From the sequence record KT919973.1: DNA of 64,000 nucleotides; one strand, written 5' to 3'. The position numbers and the translations under genes were made by a program. The notes beneath the pieces are model-generated. The model was given only the letters and a program-made list of their open reading frames with translations, was not told the DNA's origin and ran no database searches. Every line of letters begins with the position of its first letter. The stretch's first letter is position 1. Positions 9,007 through 17,798 of the stretch are shown here, in pieces.

Positions 9007-10293
9007 ATGCAACGTACATTATCAAGTATTACAAATGATGAAGCGTTAGAATACGCAATGTATACAATCGAGAATCGAGCACTGGCTAATGGGATTGATG
9101 GTCTCAAGCCAGTGCATCGTTTTGTATTGTATAACGTCATCAAAGACGCTAGTACGTCTTTTGACAAGGTCGCAGCGTTGGGAAGCTCAGTATCAAAGAT
9201 TGGTTACAATCACGGCGAGACAGCAGCACAAGACGCTCTAGCGCGTATGGCAGCAGAGTGGACAAACAACGTACCGATTGTACAAGGTCGCGGTAACTTT
9301 GGTTCTCGCATGGTTAAAGTGTCTGCGTCTGCTCGTTACGTTTATGCAAAGCTACATGAAAACTTTGACAAATATTTCAAAGATATTCATCTATCACCTG
9401 AACATAAAGACGTTGAGCATGTACCACCTCAGTTCTATGTGCCTGTTGTCCCGATGGTTCTACTGAATGGTATTGAGGGTATTGCAACTGGTTTTGCGTG
9501 TAACATTCTACCGCATGACCCAGAATGGGTTAAGAAAGCAGTTGTTGAATATCTTTCGGGTAAAGAGATTAGCGAACCCGTTCTGAAGTTCCCTGAATTT
9601 CACGGCAAGATCGTTAAACTCGAACACAACAAATACGCTCAGATCGGCAACTTTGAAGTTAGCGGTTTGACGGTAGTTGTTACTGAAATCCCGACTGGTT
9701 TCGACCACACGAAATATATCAAAGAACTTGACAAGCTCGTAGAACAAGGTAAAATCAGTAGCTACGTTGATGAAACAGGTGAAACATTTCAGTTTCGTGT
9801 TCGATTCAAGCGCGGTGCAAAAATGACCGAAGACTTCGTAATCAAAACTCTGAAACTGCAAAGCACATTTACACAGAACATCAACGTCATCGACGAGAAT
9901 TATCAGATTCGTCATTTTGACGACGCACGAGAACTTGTGAAGTGGTTCGTTGACTTTCGTCTATCATTCTTACCTAAACGAATTAAAGACTCTTCAGAGC
10001 GCACAGAGAAGCGTTCATCACTAGCGATTGCTAAAGTTGAGTTCATCAAACGTGTTGTGTCTGGTAAAATTGTTCTATTCGGTAAGAAGCGTGCTGAAGT
10101 AGCAGCAGAGCTTAAAGCAGAAGACGCATTTAAAGAGCATGTCAACGAACTTCTAAATATGTCGGTTGATAAAATGACCGACGACGAGATTGCACGTCTT
10201 GAAAAAGATGCAGCAGCAGCACAAAAAGAACTCTTATATTGGAAGAAAACAACTCCACATAAAGAGTTTATCAAAGACTTAAAGGCAATATAA
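9007..10293 (+). CDS. 52: DNA topoisomerase II medium subunit (gp52)
   Basis: IDGLKPVHR, YNHGE, GRGNFGS, SARY active site, LLNGIEGIATGF. Confidence 0.96.
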   Translation: MQRTLSSITNDEALEYAMYTIENRALANGIDGLKPVHRFVLYNVIKDASTSFDKVAALGSSVSKIGYNHGETAAQDALARMAAEWTNNVPIVQGRGNFGSRMVKVSASARYVYAKLHENFDKYFKDIHLSPEHKDVEHVPPQFYVPVVPMVLLNGIEGIATGFACNILPHDPEWVKKAVVEYLSGKEISEPVLKFPEFHGKIVKLEHNKYAQIGNFEVSGLTVVVTEIPTGFDHTKYIKELDKLVEQGKISSYVDETGETFQFRVRFKRGAKMTEDFVIKTLKLQSTFTQNINVIDENYQIRHFDDARELVKWFVDFRLSFLPKRIKDSSERTEKRSSLAIAKVEFIKRVVSGKIVLFGKKRAEVAAELKAEDAFKEHVNELLNMSVDKMTDDEIARLEKDAAAAQKELLYWKKTTPHKEFIKDLKAI

Positions 10294-10535
10294 TGAACAT
10301 TATAGTCGAAAACGGCAACATTCAGCCGAACGACCAAGCGACATTATTTGCGGACGAAGAAGTTGTGAGAGTGCCTAGCACTTTCACACTTACTGACTTA
10401 GTTTGTCATCTTGGTCTATACAAATCAAAATCACAAGCCAGACAAGCGAAACGTGTTGGTGAAATCCCTCACGGTTACAATGAATTCAAAGGCAATAAGA
10501 AAACGCCTTTGTACGTCTGGAACCCAACAGAGTAA
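10293..10535 (+). CDS. small protein with S4-like RNA-binding signature
   Basis: LTDLVCHLGLYKSKSQARQA resembles the TyrRS C-terminal S4 motif. Confidence 0.5.
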   Translation: MNIIVENGNIQPNDQATLFADEEVVRVPSTFTLTDLVCHLGLYKSKSQARQAKRVGEIPHGYNEFKGNKKTPLYVWNPTE

Positions 10536-10543
10536 GGTAATAT

Positions 10544-11428
10544 ATGCAGGTACGATGGACAGAAATGTTTTACAGCGTTCAAGGTGAAGGCAAATACACT
10601 GGTCAAGCTAGTTTATTCTTTCGCTTCTGGGGTTGTAATTTAGAATGTCACGGCTTCGGTCAAGAAGACCCGACGAACAAAGACACATGGGTTTTAGATT
10701 TCAAAGATTACGACCCGAAAGCAAACAACGTGACTTCAGTTGAAGATCTACCTGTATGGACTCGTGGTTGTGACTCTTCATACACGTGGGCTAAAAAGTA
10801 TGCTCATCTTGCTTCTAAGTCTGAAGTACCAGACGTTTGCGAAGCAATGCTTGACAAACTGCCTAATCGAGAATGGGGAGAAATTCATTGGGTAATTACG
10901 GGCGGTGAGCCTATGATGAACCAATCACAGATCATCGAAATGATGAATTACTTCATCGAAATCGACAATTACCCAAAACATATCACGATTGAAACAAACG
11001 GTACGCGAGATCTCAAGCCCGAATTTTCAGAACGTTGGGCATTGATTCAATGGAAAGCTCGTTCTGAGAAACCACAGTTGAGCTTCAGTGTATCGTTTAA
11101 GTTATTCAACGTAACAGGTGAAGTTGCAGAAAAAGCAATTAAGCCTAAAGTTGTTAACAAATATGCACGCATCGCAGACGTTTGGTTGAAACCAGTTGTC
11201 GTAGACAAGGAAGCGTGTTGGGACGAGCTTGATACAACAATTGCGTTGTATAAAGTAGAAAACAACTTACACAATGTTCCAGTGTATATCATGCCATGTG
11301 GTGCTACTCAAGAAGAGCAAGAGCAAGATGGTTATATGGCTTCAATTGCAGGGAAAGCATTGGAGCGTGGTTACAACGTTTCTGTTCGTGTACACGTATG
11401 GATTTGGGGTAACGCGGTGGGCACATAA
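10544..11428 (+). CDS. queE: 7-carboxy-7-deazaguanine synthase (radical SAM)
   Basis: EMFYSVQGEG, CNLEC...CDS, ITGGEP, TIETNGT. Confidence 0.92.
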   Translation: MQVRWTEMFYSVQGEGKYTGQASLFFRFWGCNLECHGFGQEDPTNKDTWVLDFKDYDPKANNVTSVEDLPVWTRGCDSSYTWAKKYAHLASKSEVPDVCEAMLDKLPNREWGEIHWVITGGEPMMNQSQIIEMMNYFIEIDNYPKHITIETNGTRDLKPEFSERWALIQWKARSEKPQLSFSVSFKLFNVTGEVAEKAIKPKVVNKYARIADVWLKPVVVDKEACWDELDTTIALYKVENNLHNVPVYIMPCGATQEEQEQDGYMASIAGKALERGYNVSVRVHVWIWGNAVGT

Positions 11429-11439
11429 GTGCCCTTTTT
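11419..11439 (+). terminator. intrinsic terminator
   Basis: GGGCAC ATAA GTGCCC T5. Confidence 0.8.
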
Positions 11440-11466
11440 ATTCCCCTTTTAAAGTGAGAAAATAAT

Positions 11467-11721
11467 ATGATTCTTTTTGGTCACGTAGTTGGTACTATCG
11501 GTATGATTCTAATCTGTCTGGCATTCTGGATGGTGACGAGTGAGAAATATAAGCCTACTGATAATAAGTACTTGTGGACTAATATGTCGGGTGCTATACT
11601 ACTTACGATTAGTTTACTAATCAACTTCAACCTAGGTAGCTTCATGATTGAGCTATTCTGGATTTACATCAGTGGTACCGCACTGTATAAGAACTACAAA
11701 AAGACGAAAACAGCTAAATAG
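11467..11721 (+). CDS. small three-TM membrane protein (CBU_0592-like)
   Basis: three hydrophobic helices, N..GA.LL..SL...FN.GSF.IE.FW pattern. Confidence 0.7.
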   Translation: MILFGHVVGTIGMILICLAFWMVTSEKYKPTDNKYLWTNMSGAILLTISLLINFNLGSFMIELFWIYISGTALYKNYKKTKTAK

Positions 11722-11724
11722 TAG

Positions 11725-11752
11725 TTGATAAAAATGTCGATTCGTGTATAAT
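11725..11752 (+). promoter_or_regulatory. sigma70-type promoter flanked by an 11-bp inverted repeat
   Basis: TTGATA-16bp-TATAAT; ATGTCGATTCG (11734-44) / CGAATCGACAT (11759-69). Confidence 0.7.
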
Positions 11753-11786
11753 TAATTGCGAATCGACATATAAAATGGAGAATCTA

Positions 11787-11942
11787 ATGTCTAAAAATAA
11801 AGAGAACAACAAACCTCAAAACTTTGTTGCGAAGCACATGAACACTTTCAATCACGCTTCTGTTGAAGAAGATCGAAAGAAAAAATCGAAACGTTTGACT
11901 AAGCGCAAGATGAAACATAAAGGGAAAGCCTATGATGAATAA
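11787..11942 (+). CDS. small basic protein (not in ORF track)
   Basis: 51 aa MSKNKENNKPQNFVAKHMN...DRKKK...KHK with GGAG RBS. Confidence 0.8.
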   Translation: MSKNKENNKPQNFVAKHMNTFNHASVEEDRKKKSKRLTKRKMKHKGKAYDE

Positions 11943-12231
11943 TGTTTTAGCTGGTATACCCATGCCACCCCAAAAGCCTAAGTTTATACCCGAGTCTGAC
12001 GATCATCAATTCTTTCATGATTGTGAAGGGTTCGATTGGTATCATGAATTCAGTGATTCTCACTCGAAGTGGGAACAGGGACGAAAGAATTTGCGAATAT
12101 TGAAATCTAGAATTTGCAATGAACGTCGTAATGAAATCTTTGATGCGTGGTGTAAGTACATGTTCAGTGGACCGAATTTCGGTACTGAGCAACTACCTCG
12201 ACCAACTTGGGATGACTTTAAAGATGCATAA
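11932..12231 (+). CDS. hypothetical protein
   Basis: 99-aa ORF, translationally coupled. Confidence 0.75.
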   Translation: MMNNVLAGIPMPPQKPKFIPESDDHQFFHDCEGFDWYHEFSDSHSKWEQGRKNLRILKSRICNERRNEIFDAWCKYMFSGPNFGTEQLPRPTWDDFKDA

Positions 12232-12493
12232 AGATGTGCTCGGCAACGTTATTGAAATGAAAGATATTGTGTTTCGTCTTTCAAAAGAACGATTGTGCGT
12301 CGAGCCATGCATAGTCACGGGTTTTACGCAGTACAAAGTGCTGTTAAATGATGGTCTACAATGCGACCCAAATCGCGTCGTTGTTGTGACTGAACAGATT
12401 CAAAATAACGGTATCGACTTGTGGTCAAACACGCTCGAATACAAATATCGTGAATACATTATCAAAGGCTATAAACGCCTACAACAGAAGTGA
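12224..12493 (+). CDS. hypothetical protein
   Basis: start moved to ATG 12224, which overlaps the previous stop region. Confidence 0.7.
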   Translation: MHKDVLGNVIEMKDIVFRLSKERLCVEPCIVTGFTQYKVLLNDGLQCDPNRVVVVTEQIQNNGIDLWSNTLEYKYREYIIKGYKRLQQK

Positions 12494-12500
12494 GAAAAAC

Positions 12501-12773
12501 ATGACATTCTTTCAAAAACTAGTAGCAATCTTTACAAATACTCCACGTCCAACTGAAGACATTCTTGACGACATGAATCAAAAAGCAAATGAGCTTCGCG
12601 CACGTGCTCAGTTCGATCAAGAACAGATTGAAGCAAACGAAGCGGAAGAGCGTCGTGCCCGTGAAGAAGTTGAGCGCCGCGCACAAGAGCTTGCAGCACA
12701 GAACAACGTACATGCACAGTCTAAAGAACGCGCCGAACGAGTTGCGAAGCGAGTTGAAGAATTCACCTCGTAA
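12501..12773 (+). CDS. coiled-coil hypothetical protein
   Basis: ATG 12501 after GAGA; E/R/A-rich heptads. Confidence 0.75.
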   Translation: MTFFQKLVAIFTNTPRPTEDILDDMNQKANELRARAQFDQEQIEANEAEERRAREEVERRAQELAAQNNVHAQSKERAERVAKRVEEFTS

Positions 12774-12789
12774 ACGATGACAGTTTCAT

Positions 12790-12814
12790 AAAGCCCCTTA
12801 ATTGGGGCTTTTTT
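12790..12814 (+). terminator. intrinsic terminator
   Basis: same sequence as the terminator at 1718-1742. Confidence 0.9.
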
Positions 12815-12822
12815 GTGTCTGA

Positions 12823-12830
12823 CATAAATA
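12823..12830 (+). promoter_or_regulatory. T4-type late promoter variant
   Basis: CATAAATA upstream of GAGG RBS and ATG 12851. Confidence 0.6.
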
Positions 12831-12850
12831 CAAGTAAAATGAGGTATTGT

Positions 12851-13960
12851 ATGAAAAATCTAAAATCTTTTATGGAAGAACTTCAGTTAGTCACTGAGGT
12901 TTTTATTCGCGGCGGGCGACCACGAAACGGCTCAAAAGTACTTGCTAACGGTAAGAATATTTGGGTATGGAATAACGATAGAGAGTTTGAACGTCTAGTG
13001 CCATTCATCAATCGCGAGTTGGGAACTGACTTCGAGGAAGAATACGATCTAGACGATTGGTATAGAGAAGGCGCACAAGCGGTATACGCGACGATTGAGA
13101 ACGGCAGACTAGATATGTTCGGGGATTCTGCTTACCGACCGTCTGTAACGTCTGACACGCTTCGTAAGACGATCAAAGCACTTAATCTAAACGGTGTAAC
13201 TCGTCGCACGCAATCATTTAACCCTGATTACGATGAAGTTGAGCACGATTTCGAAACAGATCGATATGAATTCAACAAGAAACTGTCACAAAAGACGTTT
13301 TATCATGGCACATCGACAGCATACATCGAATCAATGTTGAAGTTTGGTCTGAAGCCGAACCCAGGCGAAACTCAATTTGATAATATTGAACATGCTGATA
13401 AAGTATTCATTACGACTGAACTTGATAAAGCAATGTTTCATGCGACACACTCAGCGAACCGAAACAACTCGTTCCCTGTGATAATCGAGATTCGTATACC
13501 AGACGAAAGCAAGCTTGTGTCTGATTATGACGTTGTAATTGATGTACTAGGTGCAAATTCAGAAGAAGCAAGCGAACTCGGTTATGCTGACATATTCTAT
13601 CAATTACCACATCAACGCGGAGACGGGACGAAGTATCACAAAGATGATATTGAAAGTCGATTCGGCAAACGTCTGGGTGGGTTGAGTACTCGCATAGGTG
13701 TATTCGGGTACAAAGGTCGAATTCCTGCAAGTCATTTCAATTTCATCTACGCTGACGGTGACGTAATTGAAGAATCAATGCCAGAAATGTATTGGGAAAT
13801 GGACGGCGAATTTGATATGGCAGAAATGCGCACTGAAACGGTAAACCATCGTTCGTTCGATTACTGGGACCAGTACAAGCCAGAGAAATTCATTGCTCAC
13901 TTTGAAGAACTGTGGGATGACCTCGCAGATGAATTCGAAGACGAAGATGACGACTACTAA
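12851..13960 (+). CDS. ADP-ribosyltransferase-fold protein, probably virion-packaged
   Basis: FYHGTS...GLKP...VFITT...PVIIEI ART signature; N-terminus MKNLKSFMEE resembles a T4 capsid-targeting sequence. Confidence 0.7.
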   Translation: MKNLKSFMEELQLVTEVFIRGGRPRNGSKVLANGKNIWVWNNDREFERLVPFINRELGTDFEEEYDLDDWYREGAQAVYATIENGRLDMFGDSAYRPSVTSDTLRKTIKALNLNGVTRRTQSFNPDYDEVEHDFETDRYEFNKKLSQKTFYHGTSTAYIESMLKFGLKPNPGETQFDNIEHADKVFITTELDKAMFHATHSANRNNSFPVIIEIRIPDESKLVSDYDVVIDVLGANSEEASELGYADIFYQLPHQRGDGTKYHKDDIESRFGKRLGGLSTRIGVFGYKGRIPASHFNFIYADGDVIEESMPEMYWEMDGEFDMAEMRTETVNHRSFDYWDQYKPEKFIAHFEELWDDLADEFEDEDDDY

Positions 13961-13966
13961 ATACTA

Positions 13967-13989
13967 GGGAGCAATAACGCTCCCTTTTT
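13967..13989 (+). terminator. intrinsic terminator
   Basis: GGGAGC AATAAC GCTCCC T5. Confidence 0.75.
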
Positions 13990-14000
13990 AGGACTGAATC

Positions 14001-14486
14001 ATGTATAAATGTAAACACTTTAAAATTCAAGAACTCGTGACACCTCAAATGTATAGAAATTGGGGTGAAAAATGTTGGACACTTTTTGATGACCGTCTAT
14101 TACGCACGCTAGACGCTCTCAGAGAACGATTCGGTCCCTGCACCATAAACGATTGGAGTTGGGGCGGTTCGTTTGATGACAGCGGTATGAGAGACGAGAA
14201 CTTCTATGGTTCCGCTCAAAAATATCTTGCTAGTCGTTCTCAGCACAAATACGGTCGTGCGGCTGATTGTAAATTCAGAGATATTGCTGCTCATGAAGTG
14301 CGTAAATACATCTTAGAGAACCCAGATGAATTCCCATACGTGAAATTCATTGAATGTGGACCGTTGAAGAGTGGTAATGCGATGACGTGGGTTCACATCG
14401 ACGTTCGAAACGGCACAGATGTATATTGTTGGTCACCGAAAGAAGGTGTGATTAGTCACAGCGAAGTCATTCGCCGTCAACTTTAG
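14001..14486 (+). CDS. endolysin, Zn peptidase M15 family
   Basis: SQHKYGRAAD and WVHIDVR Zn-ligand motifs; CTAAATA late promoter at 13957-13963. Confidence 0.88.
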   Translation: MYKCKHFKIQELVTPQMYRNWGEKCWTLFDDRLLRTLDALRERFGPCTINDWSWGGSFDDSGMRDENFYGSAQKYLASRSQHKYGRAADCKFRDIAAHEVRKYILENPDEFPYVKFIECGPLKSGNAMTWVHIDVRNGTDVYCWSPKEGVISHSEVIRRQL

Positions 14487-14548
14487 TTTAACATCTAGGT
14501 TATTGAAGTTACTATAAAATTGTCAACACACAACAAAAGGTCTACTAC

Positions 14549-15253
14549 ATGGGCAAAAAGAAAAAAGAAGAGCGCATTCAAGAACGTGTTACACTGAAAT
14601 CTTTCAATCAAGAGCAATATGCAGATGCGATTTGGGAAGAAGTCGGTGAAGACGGTTCGGGTGCGTTTGTATTTGCGATTGGGTCTGCGGGTACCGGTAA
14701 GACATGGCTTGCTACTACGTTAGGCGCAGACATGTATTCAGCATTCGAATACGCTCAATTCGTTATCTTGAAACCGACACTCTCATGCGGTGAAGAACTT
14801 GGTTACCTCCCGGGTACACTCGAAGAAAAAATGGAACCATGGATTCAAACAGTAACACAGCCTTTGAAAGACCGCCTAGGTGATGATAAGTTCAAGTGTG
14901 ATTGGGGTAAACGCATTCACGCAGAGCCGATTCAATTCGTGCGCGGTAAGACATTTGACAATTGTTTTATCATCGTTGATGAAGCTCAGAACTTAACAAA
15001 GACTGAAATTCAGACTATTATGACTCGTATCGGTGAGAATACGAAAATGATTTTCTGTGGCGACTTGAAACAAGACGATCACAAGATGATTTATCGCACC
15101 GGTCAGAAAGAACTCAGTGGTCTAGCGTGGATGGTTAATGAAATTCGTAACCAACAACGTTCAGGCATTGAAATCATCGAATTCACTAATAAAGACGTAG
15201 TACGTTCTGGCGCTTGTAAAATGGCACTAGATATTATCGACAAGGCTCAGTAA
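14549..15253 (+). CDS. phoH: PhoH-family ATPase
   Basis: GSAGTGKT, LGYLPGTLEEKMEPW, RGKTF, IVDEAQN, GDLKQ. Confidence 0.95.
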   Translation: MGKKKKEERIQERVTLKSFNQEQYADAIWEEVGEDGSGAFVFAIGSAGTGKTWLATTLGADMYSAFEYAQFVILKPTLSCGEELGYLPGTLEEKMEPWIQTVTQPLKDRLGDDKFKCDWGKRIHAEPIQFVRGKTFDNCFIIVDEAQNLTKTEIQTIMTRIGENTKMIFCGDLKQDDHKMIYRTGQKELSGLAWMVNEIRNQQRSGIEIIEFTNKDVVRSGACKMALDIIDKAQ

Positions 15254-15561
15254 TGGCAAAACTTATCGACAACCAAACGGTTAAAATAATCGATGTCGGT
15301 AACTTCAACATTCTAGTCAAGCAATGGTATGAACTTGAGACTAAAGAAATAACCGAAAGTCTTCAGCTCGAAGAAGGTGAGATTGTGAACATCAAGATCT
15401 ATGATGACGCCACAGTACCTGGTGGCGTGTATTCATTAGTCACTAAGACCTCAAAGCATTACACAACTGCTTTGGGTTCTATCATTCATGACCGCAACTC
15501 GCCTGACTATGATATGAAGAAAGACCGACATAGAGTTCAGATTACATCGAAACTCAATTAA
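15253..15561 (+). CDS. hypothetical protein
   Basis: TAATG coupling to phoH. Confidence 0.75.
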   Translation: MAKLIDNQTVKIIDVGNFNILVKQWYELETKEITESLQLEEGEIVNIKIYDDATVPGGVYSLVTKTSKHYTTALGSIIHDRNSPDYDMKKDRHRVQITSKLN

Positions 15562-15562
15562 C

Positions 15563-15587
15563 AAAGCGCCTTCGGGCGCTTTTTTTT
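15563..15587 (+). terminator. intrinsic terminator (UUCG loop)
   Basis: AGCGCC TTCG GGCGCT T7. Confidence 0.92.
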
Positions 15588-15635
15588 GTTTAGAACTCAG
15601 AGGTTTTGACATAAAATAGTTAGACGGAGGTGACG

Positions 15636-15836
15636 ATGAAAGAAAATCAACAATTGAAAGTTCGATGTTCAATTCAAATCGCAGAGCAGTTACAACAGTT
15701 GCCCGAATTTCGTGACATGTCAGTTACGAAAATTTTCCACACACTATCTACAAATTATCTCAACAAGAGTGCGTTTCAGCACATCGGGGCGATTAATGGA
15801 AAGAACAGAAATCATCATTCCTACGAAGAACGTTAG
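15636..15836 (+). CDS. small protein, possible ribbon-helix-helix fold
   Basis: strong GGAGGTG RBS before ATG 15636; QLKVRCSIQIAEQLQQL pattern; overlaps the next gene by 41 nt. Confidence 0.45.
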   Translation: MKENQQLKVRCSIQIAEQLQQLPEFRDMSVTKIFHTLSTNYLNKSAFQHIGAINGKNRNHHSYEER

Positions 15837-16527
15837 GAATGCGGGGTATGAGTTCGAAGTGATCGACACTAGCAAACTTGATCACTATCACGTACGCTGT
15901 GTAACAAACACATTGTACGACAATAGAATCAAAGGGTCGAAATTAGACGGGTTTCGTGCAGAGATAACATTAATGGACGCTGAATCACTCATCTTTTTAA
16001 ACTCGATGAATCTATATGCTAATTTCACTGAATCAAACAGAGCCAATAACGGCATGAAACGTATCAAATCAGCAAGATACGAGCATCATCATTATTATCA
16101 ACAGCAAGAAGATTGGTTTAAATCAATATTGCGACAGAACAAAATCAAAGTAAAGTACCCGAACGGAGATACACGTGATAAATTACCGACGTTTTACACG
16201 TGCGGTTTGCGTCTTTCGAATGTCCGACGTTCAGCCGATAGAGCATGTGCAATGCTAGTTCTCGACGAGAATCAAAAACCAAAGCTGTACGCATTTGCAA
16301 TCGGTAAGTTACGGTATGTAGTAGATGCCTATGACAAGACTCAAAACATCAACTGCCCTGCTCAGATCGGGAAGAAAACGGTTGACGTTATTGAGTGTTT
16401 AGACTATAATGATGAAGACGATTGGAATGACGAGAATGAACTCGAAGAAGTTCATAAAAAATGTGTTATTCCAGATGTATCTGATTTAGATAAAGTATTA
16501 ATGTCGCTAGACGAAGAAGAGTTTTAA
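15796..16527 (+). CDS. hypothetical protein
   Basis: likely start ATG 15796 (MERTEII); acidic C-terminus. Confidence 0.7.
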   Translation: MERTEIIIPTKNVRNAGYEFEVIDTSKLDHYHVRCVTNTLYDNRIKGSKLDGFRAEITLMDAESLIFLNSMNLYANFTESNRANNGMKRIKSARYEHHHYYQQQEDWFKSILRQNKIKVKYPNGDTRDKLPTFYTCGLRLSNVRRSADRACAMLVLDENQKPKLYAFAIGKLRYVVDAYDKTQNINCPAQIGKKTVDVIECLDYNDEDDWNDENELEEVHKKCVIPDVSDLDKVLMSLDEEEF

Positions 16528-16532
16528 TTATT

Positions 16533-16832
16533 ATGAATGAAGTATCAACAACAACTTACAAAAGCACAACACAACTAGCTCTTGACATTGCAGCATATGC
16601 ATCACTGTTAGTCAAGATGGGATTTGATGAGTGCGTCACAAATCAAAAACTCTTTGTAGAAATGTGTAACGAAGCTGGGTTTAGAACTACAACAGGTAAA
16701 GAATTCACACAGATGTCATTCAGACAGATGTTTGCTCGATTACCGCACGGTACTAAACGCGAAGTTCGCGAAACATTTTCATGGGGCAACATCCCTCAAG
16801 GTGAATCAATTTTAGAAAGTATCTACGTATAG
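16533..16832 (+). CDS. asiA: anti-sigma70 factor
   Basis: IAAYASLLVKMG...FVEMCNEAGFRT..GKEFTQMSFRQM aligns by eye with T4 AsiA. Confidence 0.85.
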   Translation: MNEVSTTTYKSTTQLALDIAAYASLLVKMGFDECVTNQKLFVEMCNEAGFRTTTGKEFTQMSFRQMFARLPHGTKREVRETFSWGNIPQGESILESIYV

Positions 16833-16843
16833 GGTAAAAAAAT

Positions 16844-17140
16844 ATGGATTTCGGAAATGCACTAATTTCTTTAAAAGCAGGTCGCAAGATTTCTCGCGAA
16901 GGTTGGAATGGTCAAGGTATGTTTATTGTGTTAATGCCAGCACTTTACTTACCGCCGTTTAACACTCAAGATACAATGCGAAAAGTCAATGATCGCACTG
17001 CTAAACATATCGGTGAAGATACACCGTTAGATAGTCAACCGTATATCGCAATGTTTACGGCTGAACAGAAATGGCAACCAGGGTGGGTAGCATCTCAAGC
17101 AGACATTTTAGCTGAAGATTGGGTCGTCCACGACGAATAA
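16844..17140 (+). CDS. DUF2829 family, Tad2-like anti-Thoeris sponge
   Basis: FGNAL..LKAG..ISR.GWNG.GMF...PYI...T......W.ASQ.D.LAEDW. Confidence 0.8.
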   Translation: MDFGNALISLKAGRKISREGWNGQGMFIVLMPALYLPPFNTQDTMRKVNDRTAKHIGEDTPLDSQPYIAMFTAEQKWQPGWVASQADILAEDWVVHDE

Positions 17141-17143
17141 ACG

Positions 17144-17171
17144 AAAGGAGAGCATTTGCTCTCCTTTTTTT
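17144..17171. terminator. bidirectional terminator
   Basis: AAA GGAGAGC ATTT GCTCTCC T7 between convergent blocks. Confidence 0.88.
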
Positions 17172-17173
17172 GG

Positions 17174-17749
17174 TCACTGTACTTTCTTAGTTCGTTTATC
17201 AATCTCGTCAACTTTAGTTTCAAGATTATCAATACGAGTGTTAAGCATATCACCGTCTTTACCAGTAAAGCGGTCAGACGAATCAATGTTTATTAATGTC
17301 TCGACTCTGGCTAAATCAGTCTCAATCTTGGAATAACGTGAATGGGTACCTTCTATCTTAGATAAAATATCAGTTTGTGAGTTTTTTAAACTGTTAACTG
17401 AATTCACTAGATTTTTGTCGCCCAATTCGGACGTATTCCTCAATGCTCTTACTTCGCTCTCAAGCCTACCATAGTTCACAAGCACTTCATCTTGCTTCTT
17501 AACCAAAAGGGCTTGTGACCCTTCTAAGCTAATCAACTGTTGCGCTTGTGTCGCGTTTGTTAGTTTGATGTCAGTTATTTCTTGCATGATCATCGCGTTT
17601 TGAGCTACAGCGGTTTTTCCTTGCTCTTGTACAACTTGTAATGCTTCCTGCATTCCGCCGTAGTTTGTCGCCACGCTCATTGAGGTGATAGCCAGAGGTA
17701 TAAGAATAGTACCGATAATAGCTAATAACACTTGTGCTATCTTGCTCAT
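17174..17749 (-). CDS. holin candidate (N-terminal TM plus coiled coil)
   Basis: single TM; position after the distal tail-fibre genes as for T4 gene t; perfect TATAAATA late promoter at 17796-17803 (-). Confidence 0.45.
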   Translation of the reverse strand: MSKIAQVLLAIIGTILIPLAITSMSVATNYGGMQEALQVVQEQGKTAVAQNAMIMQEITDIKLTNATQAQQLISLEGSQALLVKKQDEVLVNYGRLESEVRALRNTSELGDKNLVNSVNSLKNSQTDILSKIEGTHSRYSKIETDLARVETLINIDSSDRFTGKDGDMLNTRIDNLETKVDEIDKRTKKVQ

Positions 17750-17798
17750 AGTATTGGTTCCTATGTTGGTTGTCTTATTCTCTGACTGTCAGGTGTAT

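Noticed and set aside
8700-10337. Long antisense ORFs (8700-9167, 9508-9915, 9912-10337; also 47543-48034 and those within tail-fibre genes)
   Set aside because: Shadow frames opposite well-supported genes, with no RBS or recognisable motifs.
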